A stretch of DNA of 64,000 nt, taken from IMG/VR virus record IMGVR_UViG_3300047480_000504; one strand, written 5' to 3'. The notes under the pieces were generated by a model that worked only from the letters and a program-made list of their open reading frames with translations, did not search any database and was not told the DNA's origin. Position numbers and translations under genes: made by a program. The stretch is from a virus. Lineage: Duplodnaviria > Heunggongvirae > Uroviricota > Caudoviricetes. Numbering within the stretch: the stretch's first letter is position 1; each line of letters starts with the position of its first letter. This document shows positions 1 to 9,840 of this stretch, in pieces.

Positions 1-650
1 GCTTGCCATTGCTAACTGTAGCAAGTGGCACAACACATACTCTAAGACTAGAGCGTCAAGATGGCGGGCCGATTACTATTCGCGACATTCAAGGTTCGTT
101 CCTAAGTGACGTAGGTGTAATGAGTGGTCAAACTGGCCGCTATGCATTAGGCTTAAACATCGAACAAGGTCTACGTTCAAGCACAACCACTGTGGTTCCT
201 AACTTAGAAAGCCGCGAAGCATTGTATGCATTGGTAGGTGATCAAGCTCACGTATTAGATGACGGCAACGGCGAATGGGCACTGTTCTTATTCAATGGTA
301 CCAATTGGATCAAGATTGGTGGAGAACGAAGCGTTGCAGTTGATGCACGAACAATCAAGCAAGTAATTGACTTACCAGGCACTACTACAACCATTGGTAC
401 GGTAAGTGAAGATCGTCGTATCTTAAACGTGTCAGTAACTGTACTTGATGATATTACAAACGCAGGTGACTTTAGTATTCGTGTTGGTAACAATGTAGTT
501 TGGAGCTACAGCGCACACGGTGCAAACTCAATTGGTACATACTCAGTAGAAAGCAGTTTAATCACAACAGAGCGTTCTGATGTTGTAGTAGATTTAGCAA
601 CAGGACAACAACTTGGCGGAACAGTTAAAGTAGAGGTATCGTATGTCTAG
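1..650 (+). CDS. tail-fibre-like structural protein (5' end outside window)
   Basis: The frame is open from the window edge with no start codon inside. The product is beta-rich and sits next to fibre-repeat genes. A C-proximal LFLFNGTNW block resembles the C-terminal domain of the 18589/19340/19749 paralogs. Confidence 0.5.
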   Translation, partial: LPLLTVASGTTHTLRLERQDGGPITIRDIQGSFLSDVGVMSGQTGRYALGLNIEQGLRSSTTTVVPNLESREALYALVGDQAHVLDDGNGEWALFLFNGTNWIKIGGERSVAVDARTIKQVIDLPGTTTTIGTVSEDRRILNVSVTVLDDITNAGDFSIRVGNNVVWSYSAHGANSIGTYSVESSLITTERSDVVVDLATGQQLGGTVKVEVSYV

Positions 651-1257
651 ACCTAATCGTCGGCTATTACTAGATACCGTCTCTATTGGTCGGTATGCAA
701 GCGAAAGTACTGTTATTGACAATTACTCAGTTGCCATTGGGAGGAAAGCTGGTCAATACAACATGGGAGATTATGCGATTGCCATTGGAGAACATGCAGG
801 CGAAAGTAATCAAGGAATTGGTGCGATTGCCATTGGGAGAAAAGCTGGCCAAACAAGTCAGTTTGCTCGCAGTATTGTATTAAGCACAAGCGACATAGAA
901 ATTAAAGCCAACCACCAGGGTCTTTATATTGATCCTATTAGAAAGTTTAACAATAACCAGACCAGTAACATACTCTGCTACGAGCATGACACAAAAGAGG
1001 TATTGTTAGGATTTCCGAAATTACCAGTTTATGCATCAGACGATGAAGTAATTCTAGCATTTACTACTGCTGGTAAATCATTAAGTGACAATGATACTGG
1101 CACACTGTATCTAAACTCTACTGTAAAAAAAGTTAAAGTTTGGATTGGTAATGAATTTACTGAATTAGCTACATTGGCAACAGTAGCTACCCAATTAAAA
1201 GAGACGACAAATGACATTGAAATGCAGACTGGTCGTCTAATAAAGAGTCAGCCATGA
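643..1257 (+). CDS. tail fibre protein with tandem (S/A)IAIGxxAG repeats
   Basis: ATG at 643 overlaps the upstream stop. Three AIGRKAGQ / AIGEHAGE / AIGRKAGQ repeats are typical of phage fibre proteins. Confidence 0.55.
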   Translation: MSRPNRRLLLDTVSIGRYASESTVIDNYSVAIGRKAGQYNMGDYAIAIGEHAGESNQGIGAIAIGRKAGQTSQFARSIVLSTSDIEIKANHQGLYIDPIRKFNNNQTSNILCYEHDTKEVLLGFPKLPVYASDDEVILAFTTAGKSLSDNDTGTLYLNSTVKKVKVWIGNEFTELATLATVATQLKETTNDIEMQTGRLIKSQP

Positions 1258-1631
1258 AAACGTTTAATAACACAGCCGGAACTACCTCAAGTGATTTTGC
1301 TCTAGGTCAGGGTACTGGCAACGAAGTTCGTCAATTTGTACTAAGTCGCACAGACGCAGGTATTGCAACAGATAGAAGTAACAATAGCATTGAGATCAAC
1401 GGCGTAGAATTTTACGATGCTCGAGTACTTGCCAAAAGTGCAGGCGGCATTATTGCCAAGCAACTCCGCGGCATCATTAACGGAACAACAGTTACTCGTA
1501 TTGAGGATGTGTTTCAGGAAGATATTGTTGCTGATGTTGCACTAACATCCAACGGAACAACACTAAGCGTAAATTGTACAGGTACAGGAAACTTTACAAT
1601 TTACATAACACTAACAAGGGTAGCTGAATAA
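1254..1631 (+). CDS. tail-fibre-associated protein
   Basis: ATGA overlap with the upstream gene. It sits between two fibre genes. No specific motif recognised. Confidence 0.4.
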   Translation: MKTFNNTAGTTSSDFALGQGTGNEVRQFVLSRTDAGIATDRSNNSIEINGVEFYDARVLAKSAGGIIAKQLRGIINGTTVTRIEDVFQEDIVADVALTSNGTTLSVNCTGTGNFTIYITLTRVAE

Positions 1632-2365
1632 TGGCACACGAATACGTTAAGATATCCGAACTAGAACCAACCTCTAGCTTTGGTACCACAGATCAATTTG
1701 TAATTGTACAAAATGAAGAAACTGTAAAAATTGCAGGGGCAGCATTGGCTGAAAGTATTGCTACGTTAACAAACTTAGCAACACGATCATATGTTGATGC
1801 AGTTGTTGATTCGGCTCCTGGTACGCTTGACACGCTAAGAGAATTGGCCACTGCATTAAATGATGATGCCAACTTTGGTGCAAACATCACTGCACTGATC
1901 AATGAGAAGTTGCCTGCTGCCAATTTTGGTTTGGAGTTTTGGAATCAGCTTGCTACTGTAAACACTTACCATATCAGCGAAGGCAGTAACTTGTACTGGA
2001 CACAGGACAGATTTGATAGTGCGTTTGCATCCAAGAATACATATCACTTGGCAGAAGGCAGTAACTTGTACTTTACTGCTCAACGTGTGCTTGATGTTGT
2101 AACTCCGCTATTAGAAGAATTCTCCCCTGTTATTGGCGACAATCCAACATTTGCTTCTGTTACCGCTACACAATTAAATGTACAAAACGTGGCCTTTACT
2201 GGCACTGGTGCTGTTAACATTACCAGTGGTAATGACCTAAACTTTACAGCGGCTGGCGATATTACATTCAATGGCGAGTTAGCCATTACTAAAACTCAAC
2301 TAAAATCTATTGTTGCGGCATCTGCTGATTTTGCTGATTTCAAAGCCCGCATCGCGTCTCTTTAA
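1631..2365 (+). CDS. tail fibre protein with Phage_fiber_2-type repeats
   Basis: Two copies of NTYH(I/L)(S/A)EGSNLY(W/F)T, which is the T4 gp37/gp38-type fibre repeat. TAATG overlap with the upstream gene. Confidence 0.6.
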   Translation: MAHEYVKISELEPTSSFGTTDQFVIVQNEETVKIAGAALAESIATLTNLATRSYVDAVVDSAPGTLDTLRELATALNDDANFGANITALINEKLPAANFGLEFWNQLATVNTYHISEGSNLYWTQDRFDSAFASKNTYHLAEGSNLYFTAQRVLDVVTPLLEEFSPVIGDNPTFASVTATQLNVQNVAFTGTGAVNITSGNDLNFTAAGDITFNGELAITKTQLKSIVAASADFADFKARIASL

Positions 2366-2375
2366 GGAATAACAA

Positions 2376-3896
2376 ATGGAATACATTGTAACAGTAGCCG
2401 ACCCTACAGTATGGGACACACTATGGGACGAACTAACAGTTGACGGGCTAGGAGATAACTTTATTCCTGACCGTGCAGTGCCTGTACTCAATGAACGTCC
2501 ATTCAATGACTTCTCGGCGCATTTTGAATTAACCAATGAAGAAGCAGAACAGCTACGTCAAGATCCGCGAGTGGCCGCAGTAGAATTACAAGCTGATCAA
2601 CAGCCAGGTGTTGAAAAACGCTTTTATGGTCAACGAGTCGGCAACTACGATCGCAATCCATATTCAACAACAGCCTCAATGAAAAACTGGGGGTTGATCC
2701 GTTGCGCCCATAAAGATAATCCTTATGGAACACAAACAAGTCTTAATACTAGCTTTGACTATAACTTAGATGGTAGCGGTGTAGATATTATTTTACTTGA
2801 TTCTGGCATCGAAGCTGACCATCCTGAGTTTGCTGTTAACCCAGATGGCACTGGTGGCAGTCGTGTAGTTGATTTTGATTGGGCTAGTCTAGGTGTCCCG
2901 GGTGTGTATCCATCTGCTTCGTATGGTGGCTACTTAGGTGACAGTGACGGACACGGTTCAAACTGTGCAAGTATTGCGGCTGGCAACACATGCGGCTGGG
3001 CTCCGGGTGCTAAAATTTACTCTATTAGAATTTTTGCCGGTACAAGTATTCGCACAGGACAATACCTAAGTGCTATCAACTCAGACGTTGCGTTTGACTT
3101 GGTACGTGCGTTCCACTTAAAGAAACAGGCAGAGGGCAACACACGTCCAACGGTATGTTCTAACTCATGGGGTTATTACTCAAACTATTCGGGCATGAGC
3201 TCAACTACATATCGAGGTCAAACATATTCAACAAGTTACTATAACAGTGCTTATGGGCAAGTGGCATCTGTGCATGGCGCACGAGTAACATACGTTGATA
3301 CTGCTGTTGAAAACTGCGGCGCGGCTGGTGTTATCCTTGTCGGCGCGGCTGGCAACTATCGCCATAAAATTGATGTGCCCGGTGGCATTGACTATAACAA
3401 CTACTGGTCTGGTTGGTGGGGTCAAACTTTCTATCACCGCGGCTCAAGTCCAACAGCAACACCTTGTATGATTACAGTAGGTGCAACTGATAGCGTATTA
3501 ACAAATCCACCAATTGAACGCAAGGCATACTTTAGCGAAACTGGCCCACGAGTTGACGTGTATGCACCAGGCACAATGATCATGGGTGCGTATGCTAATG
3601 AGCCATATCAGACTTATGCTGTTCCGGATCCTCGACGAGCAGGCTACTATCTTAATAAAATTTCAGGCACAAGTCAAGCTACTCCTCAAGTGTCTGGCTA
3701 TATTGCATGTTTATTACAGCTACGCCCAACGTTGACTGTCAACGACATAAAGAAGTTTATTGCAGAAACAAGCAATAAAAACAAATTGGCCGAAGGTGTA
3801 TTAAGCTGGACTAACTTGTACAGTTTGCAAGGTGGTGCCAATAATTATCTGTACACGCCTTTTACTAGTCCCAGTCGCGGTAGTATAACCAGTTAA
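2376..3896 (+). CDS. subtilisin-like serine protease (peptidase S8)
   Basis: Catalytic triad motifs are in order: DSGIEADHPEF (Asp), HGSNCASIAAG (His), NSWG (oxyanion Asn) and GTSQATPQVSGY (Ser). RBS AAGGAATAACAAATG. Confidence 0.75.
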   Translation: MEYIVTVADPTVWDTLWDELTVDGLGDNFIPDRAVPVLNERPFNDFSAHFELTNEEAEQLRQDPRVAAVELQADQQPGVEKRFYGQRVGNYDRNPYSTTASMKNWGLIRCAHKDNPYGTQTSLNTSFDYNLDGSGVDIILLDSGIEADHPEFAVNPDGTGGSRVVDFDWASLGVPGVYPSASYGGYLGDSDGHGSNCASIAAGNTCGWAPGAKIYSIRIFAGTSIRTGQYLSAINSDVAFDLVRAFHLKKQAEGNTRPTVCSNSWGYYSNYSGMSSTTYRGQTYSTSYYNSAYGQVASVHGARVTYVDTAVENCGAAGVILVGAAGNYRHKIDVPGGIDYNNYWSGWWGQTFYHRGSSPTATPCMITVGATDSVLTNPPIERKAYFSETGPRVDVYAPGTMIMGAYANEPYQTYAVPDPRRAGYYLNKISGTSQATPQVSGYIACLLQLRPTLTVNDIKKFIAETSNKNKLAEGVLSWTNLYSLQGGANNYLYTPFTSPSRGSITS

Positions 3897-3900
3897 TACT

Positions 3901-4743
3901 ATGACACCTTACCAAAAACGATATGGTGGTCAAGTTCCAGATTCTGGAGTCGAGCCAAATGAGTTTATTCGTAATGTACTTGGGCGAAGTTCTCAACGAA
4001 AATTCAACGGCCAGCCTCTTGAGCCAGGTGTATTAGAACTACTAGTAGCGGCTGCTCAAAGTGCCCCATCAAGTGGCATGCTTCAAACTTGGAGTGTAAT
4101 TGCACTTACAACACCTGAAGAAAAGGCCAAACTTTTTGCAAAGAATTACTATTCGCCAAACAATATTCAGATAATCGGGGGCATCGATAGTCACAATGTA
4201 ACTGCAATCAACACTTCAGCAGTGGTGTTAATTTGGCTCGCCGACTTATCTAGATTAGAAATTGCACTTGATGACATCGAAGTAGATGATCGCACACGAT
4301 CACAGCCTACCTTTGCCGAATATCATTTAAAAGCAATTATTGATGCAACTATTGCCGCACAAACCTTGTGTCTGGCCGCAGAGTCCATGGGCATCGAAGG
4401 TACATACTGTGGAGCAATACGACAATTGCACATTGGATTTTTTGAAACTGAGTTTAACTTGCCCAAACTTACCTTTCCTGTTTTTGGTACTATACACGGC
4501 TATTGCGATACAGCAACCAATCTTGTAAAACCGAGACTACCTGCTGAACTAGTATTGCATCGTGGTTCTTATAACAAAATGCAATCAGCGGCAGAGTTTG
4601 AAAAATATAACGAAGTACATATTCGAAACACATCAAGAAATGTTTCAAGTTATCAATCTCGGGTAGTTGAACGATTAAAACCAACTTACACTAAAGAACG
4701 AACGGGCTATTCATTACGACATATGGGATTTGACTTCAAATAA
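3901..4743 (+). CDS. nitroreductase-family flavoprotein (NfsA-like)
   Basis: N-terminal RSSQRKFNGQPLEPGVLELLVAAAQSAPSSGMLQTWSV matches the NfsA / nitroreductase FMN-binding N-terminus. Confidence 0.55.
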   Translation: MTPYQKRYGGQVPDSGVEPNEFIRNVLGRSSQRKFNGQPLEPGVLELLVAAAQSAPSSGMLQTWSVIALTTPEEKAKLFAKNYYSPNNIQIIGGIDSHNVTAINTSAVVLIWLADLSRLEIALDDIEVDDRTRSQPTFAEYHLKAIIDATIAAQTLCLAAESMGIEGTYCGAIRQLHIGFFETEFNLPKLTFPVFGTIHGYCDTATNLVKPRLPAELVLHRGSYNKMQSAAEFEKYNEVHIRNTSRNVSSYQSRVVERLKPTYTKERTGYSLRHMGFDFK

Positions 4744-4751
4744 GGAACAAC

Positions 4752-5117
4752 ATGGAAACACAAGAACCAAAACACTTTATTCGCTTTTGCGTAGAGCGAG
4801 AATTAACTGACGATGAATTTGAAGACATGGCTGAAATTGTTGACGAAGAAATCGGTGACTTGGTTGCGTCAGACGAAGTATTTGAACACCCGGGTCCGGA
4901 CGGTACTATTTGCTATATGTTCCAACTTGTACGAGACATTGAAATGGCCGACGGTGATATCATCAGCTACGAAATTTCAACAGCCTGGACTGAAGCACTA
5001 GAATGGGAATTGGAAGCCAGCCACTCTGACCTGGATTTAGACGTTGCTGATGACGCAACACCTGAGCAAGTTGAAGAAGCCGCTGTCAATTACTTTCGCA
5101 ATATCCTAAAGGGATAA
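4752..5117 (+). CDS. hypothetical acidic protein
   Basis: ORF with an RBS (AAGGAACAACATG). The product is very acidic. Confidence 0.4.
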   Translation: METQEPKHFIRFCVERELTDDEFEDMAEIVDEEIGDLVASDEVFEHPGPDGTICYMFQLVRDIEMADGDIISYEISTAWTEALEWELEASHSDLDLDVADDATPEQVEEAAVNYFRNILKG

Positions 5118-5575
5118 TGAAATATACGCCGGCATCCTTGCGCTTGCTAGGCTACACTCGTCGTGGCACACACTGGCAGGACTTTGTAACCAAAACTATG
5201 GCAACATGGTATCGGTTTAGTCCTGACCATTCAGTTAGCCATTTTGCATGGGTAAACAATCAACACCATCGTAATACACAAGGTACCACACACGGCGGGG
5301 CATTGATGACATACATGGACTACTGCATGGGTGCTCATATATGGGACTTGAGTGGCGGTAAGTCTGCTTACACAATAGAGCTAAACAACAGGTTTATTCG
5401 CCCAGCACGTATTACCCGTTGGCTCTTTGCGGAAGTTAGGCACGTTATAACAGGAGAAGTAATCGAACTAGCAGGAACTGTTAGAGCCAATGATCCTACT
5501 GGCATGCTAGTCCTAGAAAGTTTTGGGCGTTTTACTTTGCCAAAACCATTAAAAATCATTGACGACGACGAATAA
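5117..5575 (+). CDS. hotdog-fold thioesterase (PaaI/4HBT-like)
   Basis: HGGALMTYMDYCMG followed by TIELNNRFIRPAR and DPTGMLVLESFGRFTLP matches the PaaI-type thioesterase core. TAATG overlap with the upstream gene. Confidence 0.5.
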   Translation: MKYTPASLRLLGYTRRGTHWQDFVTKTMATWYRFSPDHSVSHFAWVNNQHHRNTQGTTHGGALMTYMDYCMGAHIWDLSGGKSAYTIELNNRFIRPARITRWLFAEVRHVITGEVIELAGTVRANDPTGMLVLESFGRFTLPKPLKIIDDDE

Positions 5576-5624
5576 GTTTGCTATAATTGTCACATACGCT
5601 AAAGCAACTTAACAAAGGAAACAA

Positions 5625-6203
5625 ATGAAAATTAATTTACGCAAGGCCAGTGTGGTCCAACAAACAATCACAGACGAAATCAAGCGTCTGGGCACTGAGA
5701 GCACCACTCTCAAAGTAAGTCTGTTTGAAACAGACATCCAAGCTCGACTTGATGAGCAAATGGAAAAGGTTCGTGAGAACCACGCACATGCAGGGCGATT
5801 GATGCATGCCAACCGCTTCTTGCGAGCCATTGTAGCTAAAAAGAACGCCGAAGTTGGTATCACTGACTACTTGGCAGAAGAAGCCATGTTGGCATCTGCC
5901 GAAGCACGAGTAAAGTCGTTCAGCGAAGCTACCGTGCGCCAAGACTTGGAAGCCCTTAAGGCTGAAATTGAAAGCCGTAAGGCCTCTAGTGCCAACGAAC
6001 GAGCCAGCATTTACGGTGTGCAATACACTGTGGATGTAAATGTGGTTCCGGTTGCGGCCCTTGCTGAAGCCAAGAAAGAGCTTGAAAGCATCCGCAAGCG
6101 TCGACGCAAGATCAAGGACGAGATGGTTAGCATCAACGTTCGAACAGAGTTTGAAGTACCTGAACAGGTAGCACTTGTGCTAACCGAGCTCGGGCTAGAC
6201 TAA
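5625..6203 (+). CDS. hypothetical coiled-coil protein
   Basis: ORF with an RBS (AAAGGAAACAAATG). Charged, helical composition. Confidence 0.4.
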   Translation: MKINLRKASVVQQTITDEIKRLGTESTTLKVSLFETDIQARLDEQMEKVRENHAHAGRLMHANRFLRAIVAKKNAEVGITDYLAEEAMLASAEARVKSFSEATVRQDLEALKAEIESRKASSANERASIYGVQYTVDVNVVPVAALAEAKKELESIRKRRRKIKDEMVSINVRTEFEVPEQVALVLTELGLD

Positions 6204-6427
6204 GTCTGCCACACTTGGTCCAGGGGACTAAAACGAAAATACGTTTCGCATTATGCGAAATAACAATACTGAATTAGTCTTGAAAACTAACTCAACCAGC
6301 TTTGCTTAGGTATTACAATATATCTTGATGTTTGATGATATACCTAAGCAAAAAGCGTATGTTTGATTCTAGATATTTGACTTTTGCTGTTTGACTATTT
6401 TCGTTCCCCTGCTTCGTGGCACTTTTT

Positions 6428-6586
6428 ATGAAGAAATTTTGGCGATTGTGGGCCAAGGCCCTTGGAGAAAAAGCAGGCAATACTGATCAAGAATCAGATC
6501 GTATTGCTTGCATTCGTACGTGTATTGTGTTATCATACATCATTACAAACTGTTTTATTGTCGCTGGCGTGGTCCGGCATTGGTAG
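6428..6586 (+). CDS. small (52 aa) protein with hydrophobic C-terminus
   Basis: ATG at 6428 to TAG at 6584-6586. The C-terminal segment IVLSYIITNCFIVAGVV looks like a TM helix. It lies inside the long intergenic region. Confidence 0.3.
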   Translation: MKKFWRLWAKALGEKAGNTDQESDRIACIRTCIVLSYIITNCFIVAGVVRHW

Positions 6587-6615
6587 TTGACATCGTCGCA
6601 ATATAGTGTTATAAT
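6587..6615 (+). promoter_or_regulatory. sigma70-type promoter
   Basis: -35 TTGACA at 6587-6592, a 17-nt spacer, and -10 TATAAT at 6610-6615, upstream of the ATG at 6646. Confidence 0.6.
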
Positions 6616-6645
6616 ATGCTATATCAACCAACATAGGAGTTTACA

Positions 6646-7089
6646 ATGGCTACAAAATCTAAACAACCAAGACAACCTTTTGGGGGACTGGCGTGGGCAC
6701 CACATGGCAACTTTCTTGGTGCTGGATCATTCAGTAGCCAACAACCAAAACCAAAACCAAAAAAGAAAACTACTCCTAAAAATGTAGTCAGTGTTGAGCC
6801 TAACGAGCACCACCAGGATATGATGTGCCGTCCAATTAATCAAGGTGACTATGTCTTGGCTGTACAAAACAATAGACCTTTTCCCTTTAAGGTAGTAAAA
6901 TTAAATGAAACAACGATAACTATTGTTCCTGCTATCAAAACTGGTGACCTCAGTCGTAAATCTCTTATTGCTGTTAGAGCTACCGGTGGATCAATTCCTG
7001 CTTATAAAAATTATAGGCGCGAAGGTTGGAATGTGTATGTTATTCCAAAAGAAGAAATTTTTATGTATCACTTAATGGGTAATGTATGA
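6646..7089 (+). CDS. hypothetical protein
   Basis: RBS ATAGGAGTTTACAATG. Lys/Pro-rich N-terminus (QQPKPKPKKK). Confidence 0.4.
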   Translation: MATKSKQPRQPFGGLAWAPHGNFLGAGSFSSQQPKPKPKKKTTPKNVVSVEPNEHHQDMMCRPINQGDYVLAVQNNRPFPFKVVKLNETTITIVPAIKTGDLSRKSLIAVRATGGSIPAYKNYRREGWNVYVIPKEEIFMYHLMGNV

Positions 7090-8102
7090 CTGGTCGAGTA
7101 GGTTTTTGTTGTAAGTATGTTGCACCGCATCCTAAAAAGATCTTTGAATCTGTAGATGGATTTAATACTGGTACAACTACTATCAGTTGGCTCAAACGAC
7201 AGTCACGCGATGTTGCAGAACAACGTCTATGGGACTTGTCTGTTCAAAACATTGAAGCAACTCGACGACTTGTAGAAAAAGTAGGAGAACAAAATGAACA
7301 GCTCCGTATGGTCCGTCTTGGCAGTGATATCTTACCTGCTTATACCCATGCTGATTGGTCTGCTTTTTATAAGCGAGCGGATGTGCTTGGATTACTTGAA
7401 CGAGGATTCGCGCAAATCGGCGAAGTGGCTCGCAATAAACAAGTACGCCTTTCTTTTCATCCTGGCCAGTTCACTGTTCTTGCTTCTGAGAATCCTGGCA
7501 TTGTTAATAACTCAATAGAGGAATTTGAATATCATGCGGATATGGCTCGCTGGATGGGATACGGAAAGTCGTTCCAGGACTTTAAGATTAATGTACATAT
7601 CTCCGGAAAACGTGGGCCAGCAGGCATTAGGGAGGCTTATCAACGTCTTAGCGTAGAAGCCCGCAATTGCATTACTATTGAAAATGAAGAAAACTCGTGG
7701 GGTCTAGATGATTGTTTATCCATTGCTGATATTGTTCCTATTGTGCTTGACGTACATCATAATTGGATACGTGAAGGGGTATACATTGACCCAAACAGTA
7801 ACAGCGTTAAACGAGTGGTGGATAGTTGGCGGGGTGTACGGCCTGCTATGCACTATAGCGTCAGCCGCGAAGATTATCTAGTAGGACACGATACTACAGT
7901 ATTGCCTGACATGGCCAGTTTGTTAGCGCAAGGCTACAAAAAGCAAAAGCTACGAGCCCATTCAGATTTTTACTGGAATTCAGCTGTAAATGATTGGGCC
8001 GCAGGCTTTAGTAAAGACTTTGATATTCAATGCGAGGCCAAATGTAAAAACTTGGCCAGTCTTGAATTTTCAAAAATTATAAATCAAGAAACTTGCGTGT
8101 AA
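7086..8102 (+). CDS. uvdE: UV-damage endonuclease (UvdE/UvsE family)
   Basis: Motifs RLSFHPGQFTVLASENP, INVHISG, ITIENEE and VLDVHHNW are colinear with B. subtilis UvsE (TSFHPNQFTLF, INIHIGG, MTLENDD, VFDFHH). Confidence 0.7.
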   Translation: MTGRVGFCCKYVAPHPKKIFESVDGFNTGTTTISWLKRQSRDVAEQRLWDLSVQNIEATRRLVEKVGEQNEQLRMVRLGSDILPAYTHADWSAFYKRADVLGLLERGFAQIGEVARNKQVRLSFHPGQFTVLASENPGIVNNSIEEFEYHADMARWMGYGKSFQDFKINVHISGKRGPAGIREAYQRLSVEARNCITIENEENSWGLDDCLSIADIVPIVLDVHHNWIREGVYIDPNSNSVKRVVDSWRGVRPAMHYSVSREDYLVGHDTTVLPDMASLLAQGYKKQKLRAHSDFYWNSAVNDWAAGFSKDFDIQCEAKCKNLASLEFSKIINQETCV

Positions 8103-8343
8103 CAATGCCATTGGCTTGGTTATACGCTTCGCGCAGTTGACGATGCTCAATTACAACTGGATCTGATTCAAATTGTAAACGAGTCGCGTCATCAGCAAAC
8201 GTAATGCTACTGCTTTGGCTTGAACCATTTTCTGATTTATTAAACTGAATCTTGTCGCCGTATGTGTCTATTAAGTGGGCAATATACGATTCTGGCACAC
8301 TGTAAAATCCAGCGCCATTTGGATCTTCTTGAACTAATCTCAT
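8077..8343 (-). CDS. hypothetical protein
   Basis: Minus-strand ORF with a good SD (AGGAAACAAAATG) in an otherwise gene-free gap. It is convergent with uvdE. Confidence 0.35.
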   Translation of the reverse strand: MRLVQEDPNGAGFYSVPESYIAHLIDTYGDKIQFNKSENGSSQSSSITFADDATRLQFESDPVVIEHRQLREAYNQANGIVTRKFLDL

Positions 8344-8466
8344 TTTGTTTCCTTTGGGTTTGACTGGTTAACCAGCATAACATATTTATACCATTTGGCA
8401 ACTTACACAATATTAGTGAGCTGATACTAATCTCCTTAAAAACCGTTAAAACGGGTTACATTGATG

Positions 8467-8495
8467 TTGCACCGCAACATATATAATGTTATACT
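8467..8495 (+). promoter_or_regulatory. sigma70-type promoter
   Basis: -35 TTGCAC at 8467-8472, a 17-nt spacer, and -10 TATACT at 8490-8495. An overlapping TATAAT lies at 8482-8487. Confidence 0.4.
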
Positions 8496-8582
8496 AGTGA
8501 AAACACTGATAGTGTTTCTACTAGTGGTAGTGCTCATTAGAGGCTACCAAACAACTCGCTTAACATTAAAGGAGAAATAAGC

Positions 8583-8807
8583 ATGTTCACAGAAATCACA
8601 AAAACTTTCGAATCAAACCAAAAATTGGCCAAGGAATTGGTTGCACAATTGACAAGTGCATCAACTGAATTCACCAAGACAGTAGTAGACGTTAACACAC
8701 GTTTAGCAGAGTCTTTCAAAACACAAGCCGCAGAAGCTTACAAGAACTTAGAAGCATTTAAAGTTCCTGGTTTTGACGCATACACTGCAAAGTCAAGCAA
8801 GAAGTAA
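8583..8807 (+). CDS. hypothetical protein
   Basis: Strong RBS AAAGGAGAAATAAGCATG. Confidence 0.45.
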   Translation: MFTEITKTFESNQKLAKELVAQLTSASTEFTKTVVDVNTRLAESFKTQAAEAYKNLEAFKVPGFDAYTAKSSKK

Positions 8808-8810
8808 TAT

Positions 8811-8971
8811 ATGTGGGCTAGAATTAAACAATTCTTTGCCTCCATGTTCCACCAGCCCTCTATGGACTGGTGGGATGAGCAATATCTAAACGCCGCACAA
8901 AATGCCGCTGATTTAGAACACCGTCAAAGACAGCTCTTACAAGGGCTAGCAAGAACAAGGGGTTATCGATG
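8811..8971 (+). CDS. small hypothetical protein (53 aa)
   Basis: ATG at 8811 to TGA at 8969-8971. ATGA overlap with a further 29-aa ORF at 8969-9059. Confidence 0.25.
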
Positions 8972-9061
8972 AAATCATTTTTCTTATCAATTTACGAAGC
9001 TATTGTGGCAGTTAAAGCGCACAAGGCCAAGCGATACGTCAACCGTTTAGGCAGTTAAATC

Positions 9062-9610
9062 ATGCCAGCTGTTCGCAGAGTTTTAGTCAGCGAATATCCA
9101 AAATATCGCAAACATTTAAAATCACTTGACGCAGACAGCAAGTACCTGCGTTTTGGTTATCCCATACGTGATGAAATGATTGATCAGCTATGCGATCAAT
9201 TTGAAGCAGATTCGTCTAAGAATATACTATTCTGCGTAGAAAACGACGAACTAGATTTTGTAGCAGTGGGACACATTGCACTACAAGATGAAATGGAATT
9301 GGCGTTTAGCGTATTAAAAGAATACCAAGGGCAAGGACTTGGCAATCAATTATTCAAGCGTGTTATACAGTGGTGCCGCACTCATAACCGACTAAAAGGC
9401 AATATGGTTTGTTTAAGTAGCAACAAGGTTATACGTCACTTGTGCTCTAAATATGGCATACACATGGTAAACGATCAAGGCGAAACCCTTGCAAGTATTG
9501 AACTAGATCATCCTGATATTACCACTTACTTTACAGAAGCCGCAGACAGTAATCTAGCAGTTATGGACTACATGGGCAAGCGGTTTATACATAAACTTAA
9601 ACAACGTTAA
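9062..9610 (+). CDS. GNAT-family N-acetyltransferase
   Basis: Acetyl-CoA motif A: VLKEYQGQGLGNQLFKRVIQWC (Q/RxxGxG/A). Confidence 0.55.
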   Translation: MPAVRRVLVSEYPKYRKHLKSLDADSKYLRFGYPIRDEMIDQLCDQFEADSSKNILFCVENDELDFVAVGHIALQDEMELAFSVLKEYQGQGLGNQLFKRVIQWCRTHNRLKGNMVCLSSNKVIRHLCSKYGIHMVNDQGETLASIELDHPDITTYFTEAADSNLAVMDYMGKRFIHKLKQR

Positions 9611-9645
9611 TCAAAGCCTTCGCTAAATATAGTGAGGGCTTTTTC

Positions 9646-9840
9646 ATGAAGATTAGAGAATTAACTGAAGCGTCGGGATATATTGCTAAAAATGCTAAGG
9701 AAGCGGCAGATCCACGATACAGTGCCAGTTTAACAGTTGATGTTAAAATGGACACAATGCGTAAGCAATTAAACGCATTCTTTCCTACATCTGCACCACA
9801 GGATGGCCAAGTACAAATTAAAGAGAGCAAAACAAAATGA
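9646..9840 (+). CDS. small protein with MKIREL N-terminal leader
   Basis: RBS GAGGGCTTTTTCATG. Its N-terminus belongs to the MK[LI]RE[LV] leader family. Confidence 0.4.
   Translation: MKIRELTEASGYIAKNAKEAADPRYSASLTVDVKMDTMRKQLNAFFPTSAPQDGQVQIKESKTK

Noticed and set aside
248-493. Minus-strand ORFs fully embedded in + strand genes. Examples are 248-493, 1029-1217, 1693-2286, 13518-13748, 19364-19579, 25823-26236 and 62529-63029.
   Set aside because: Each overlaps a + strand gene that has clear motifs, an SD or coupling. The compositions are low-complexity mirror images of the sense frame. None has an RBS.
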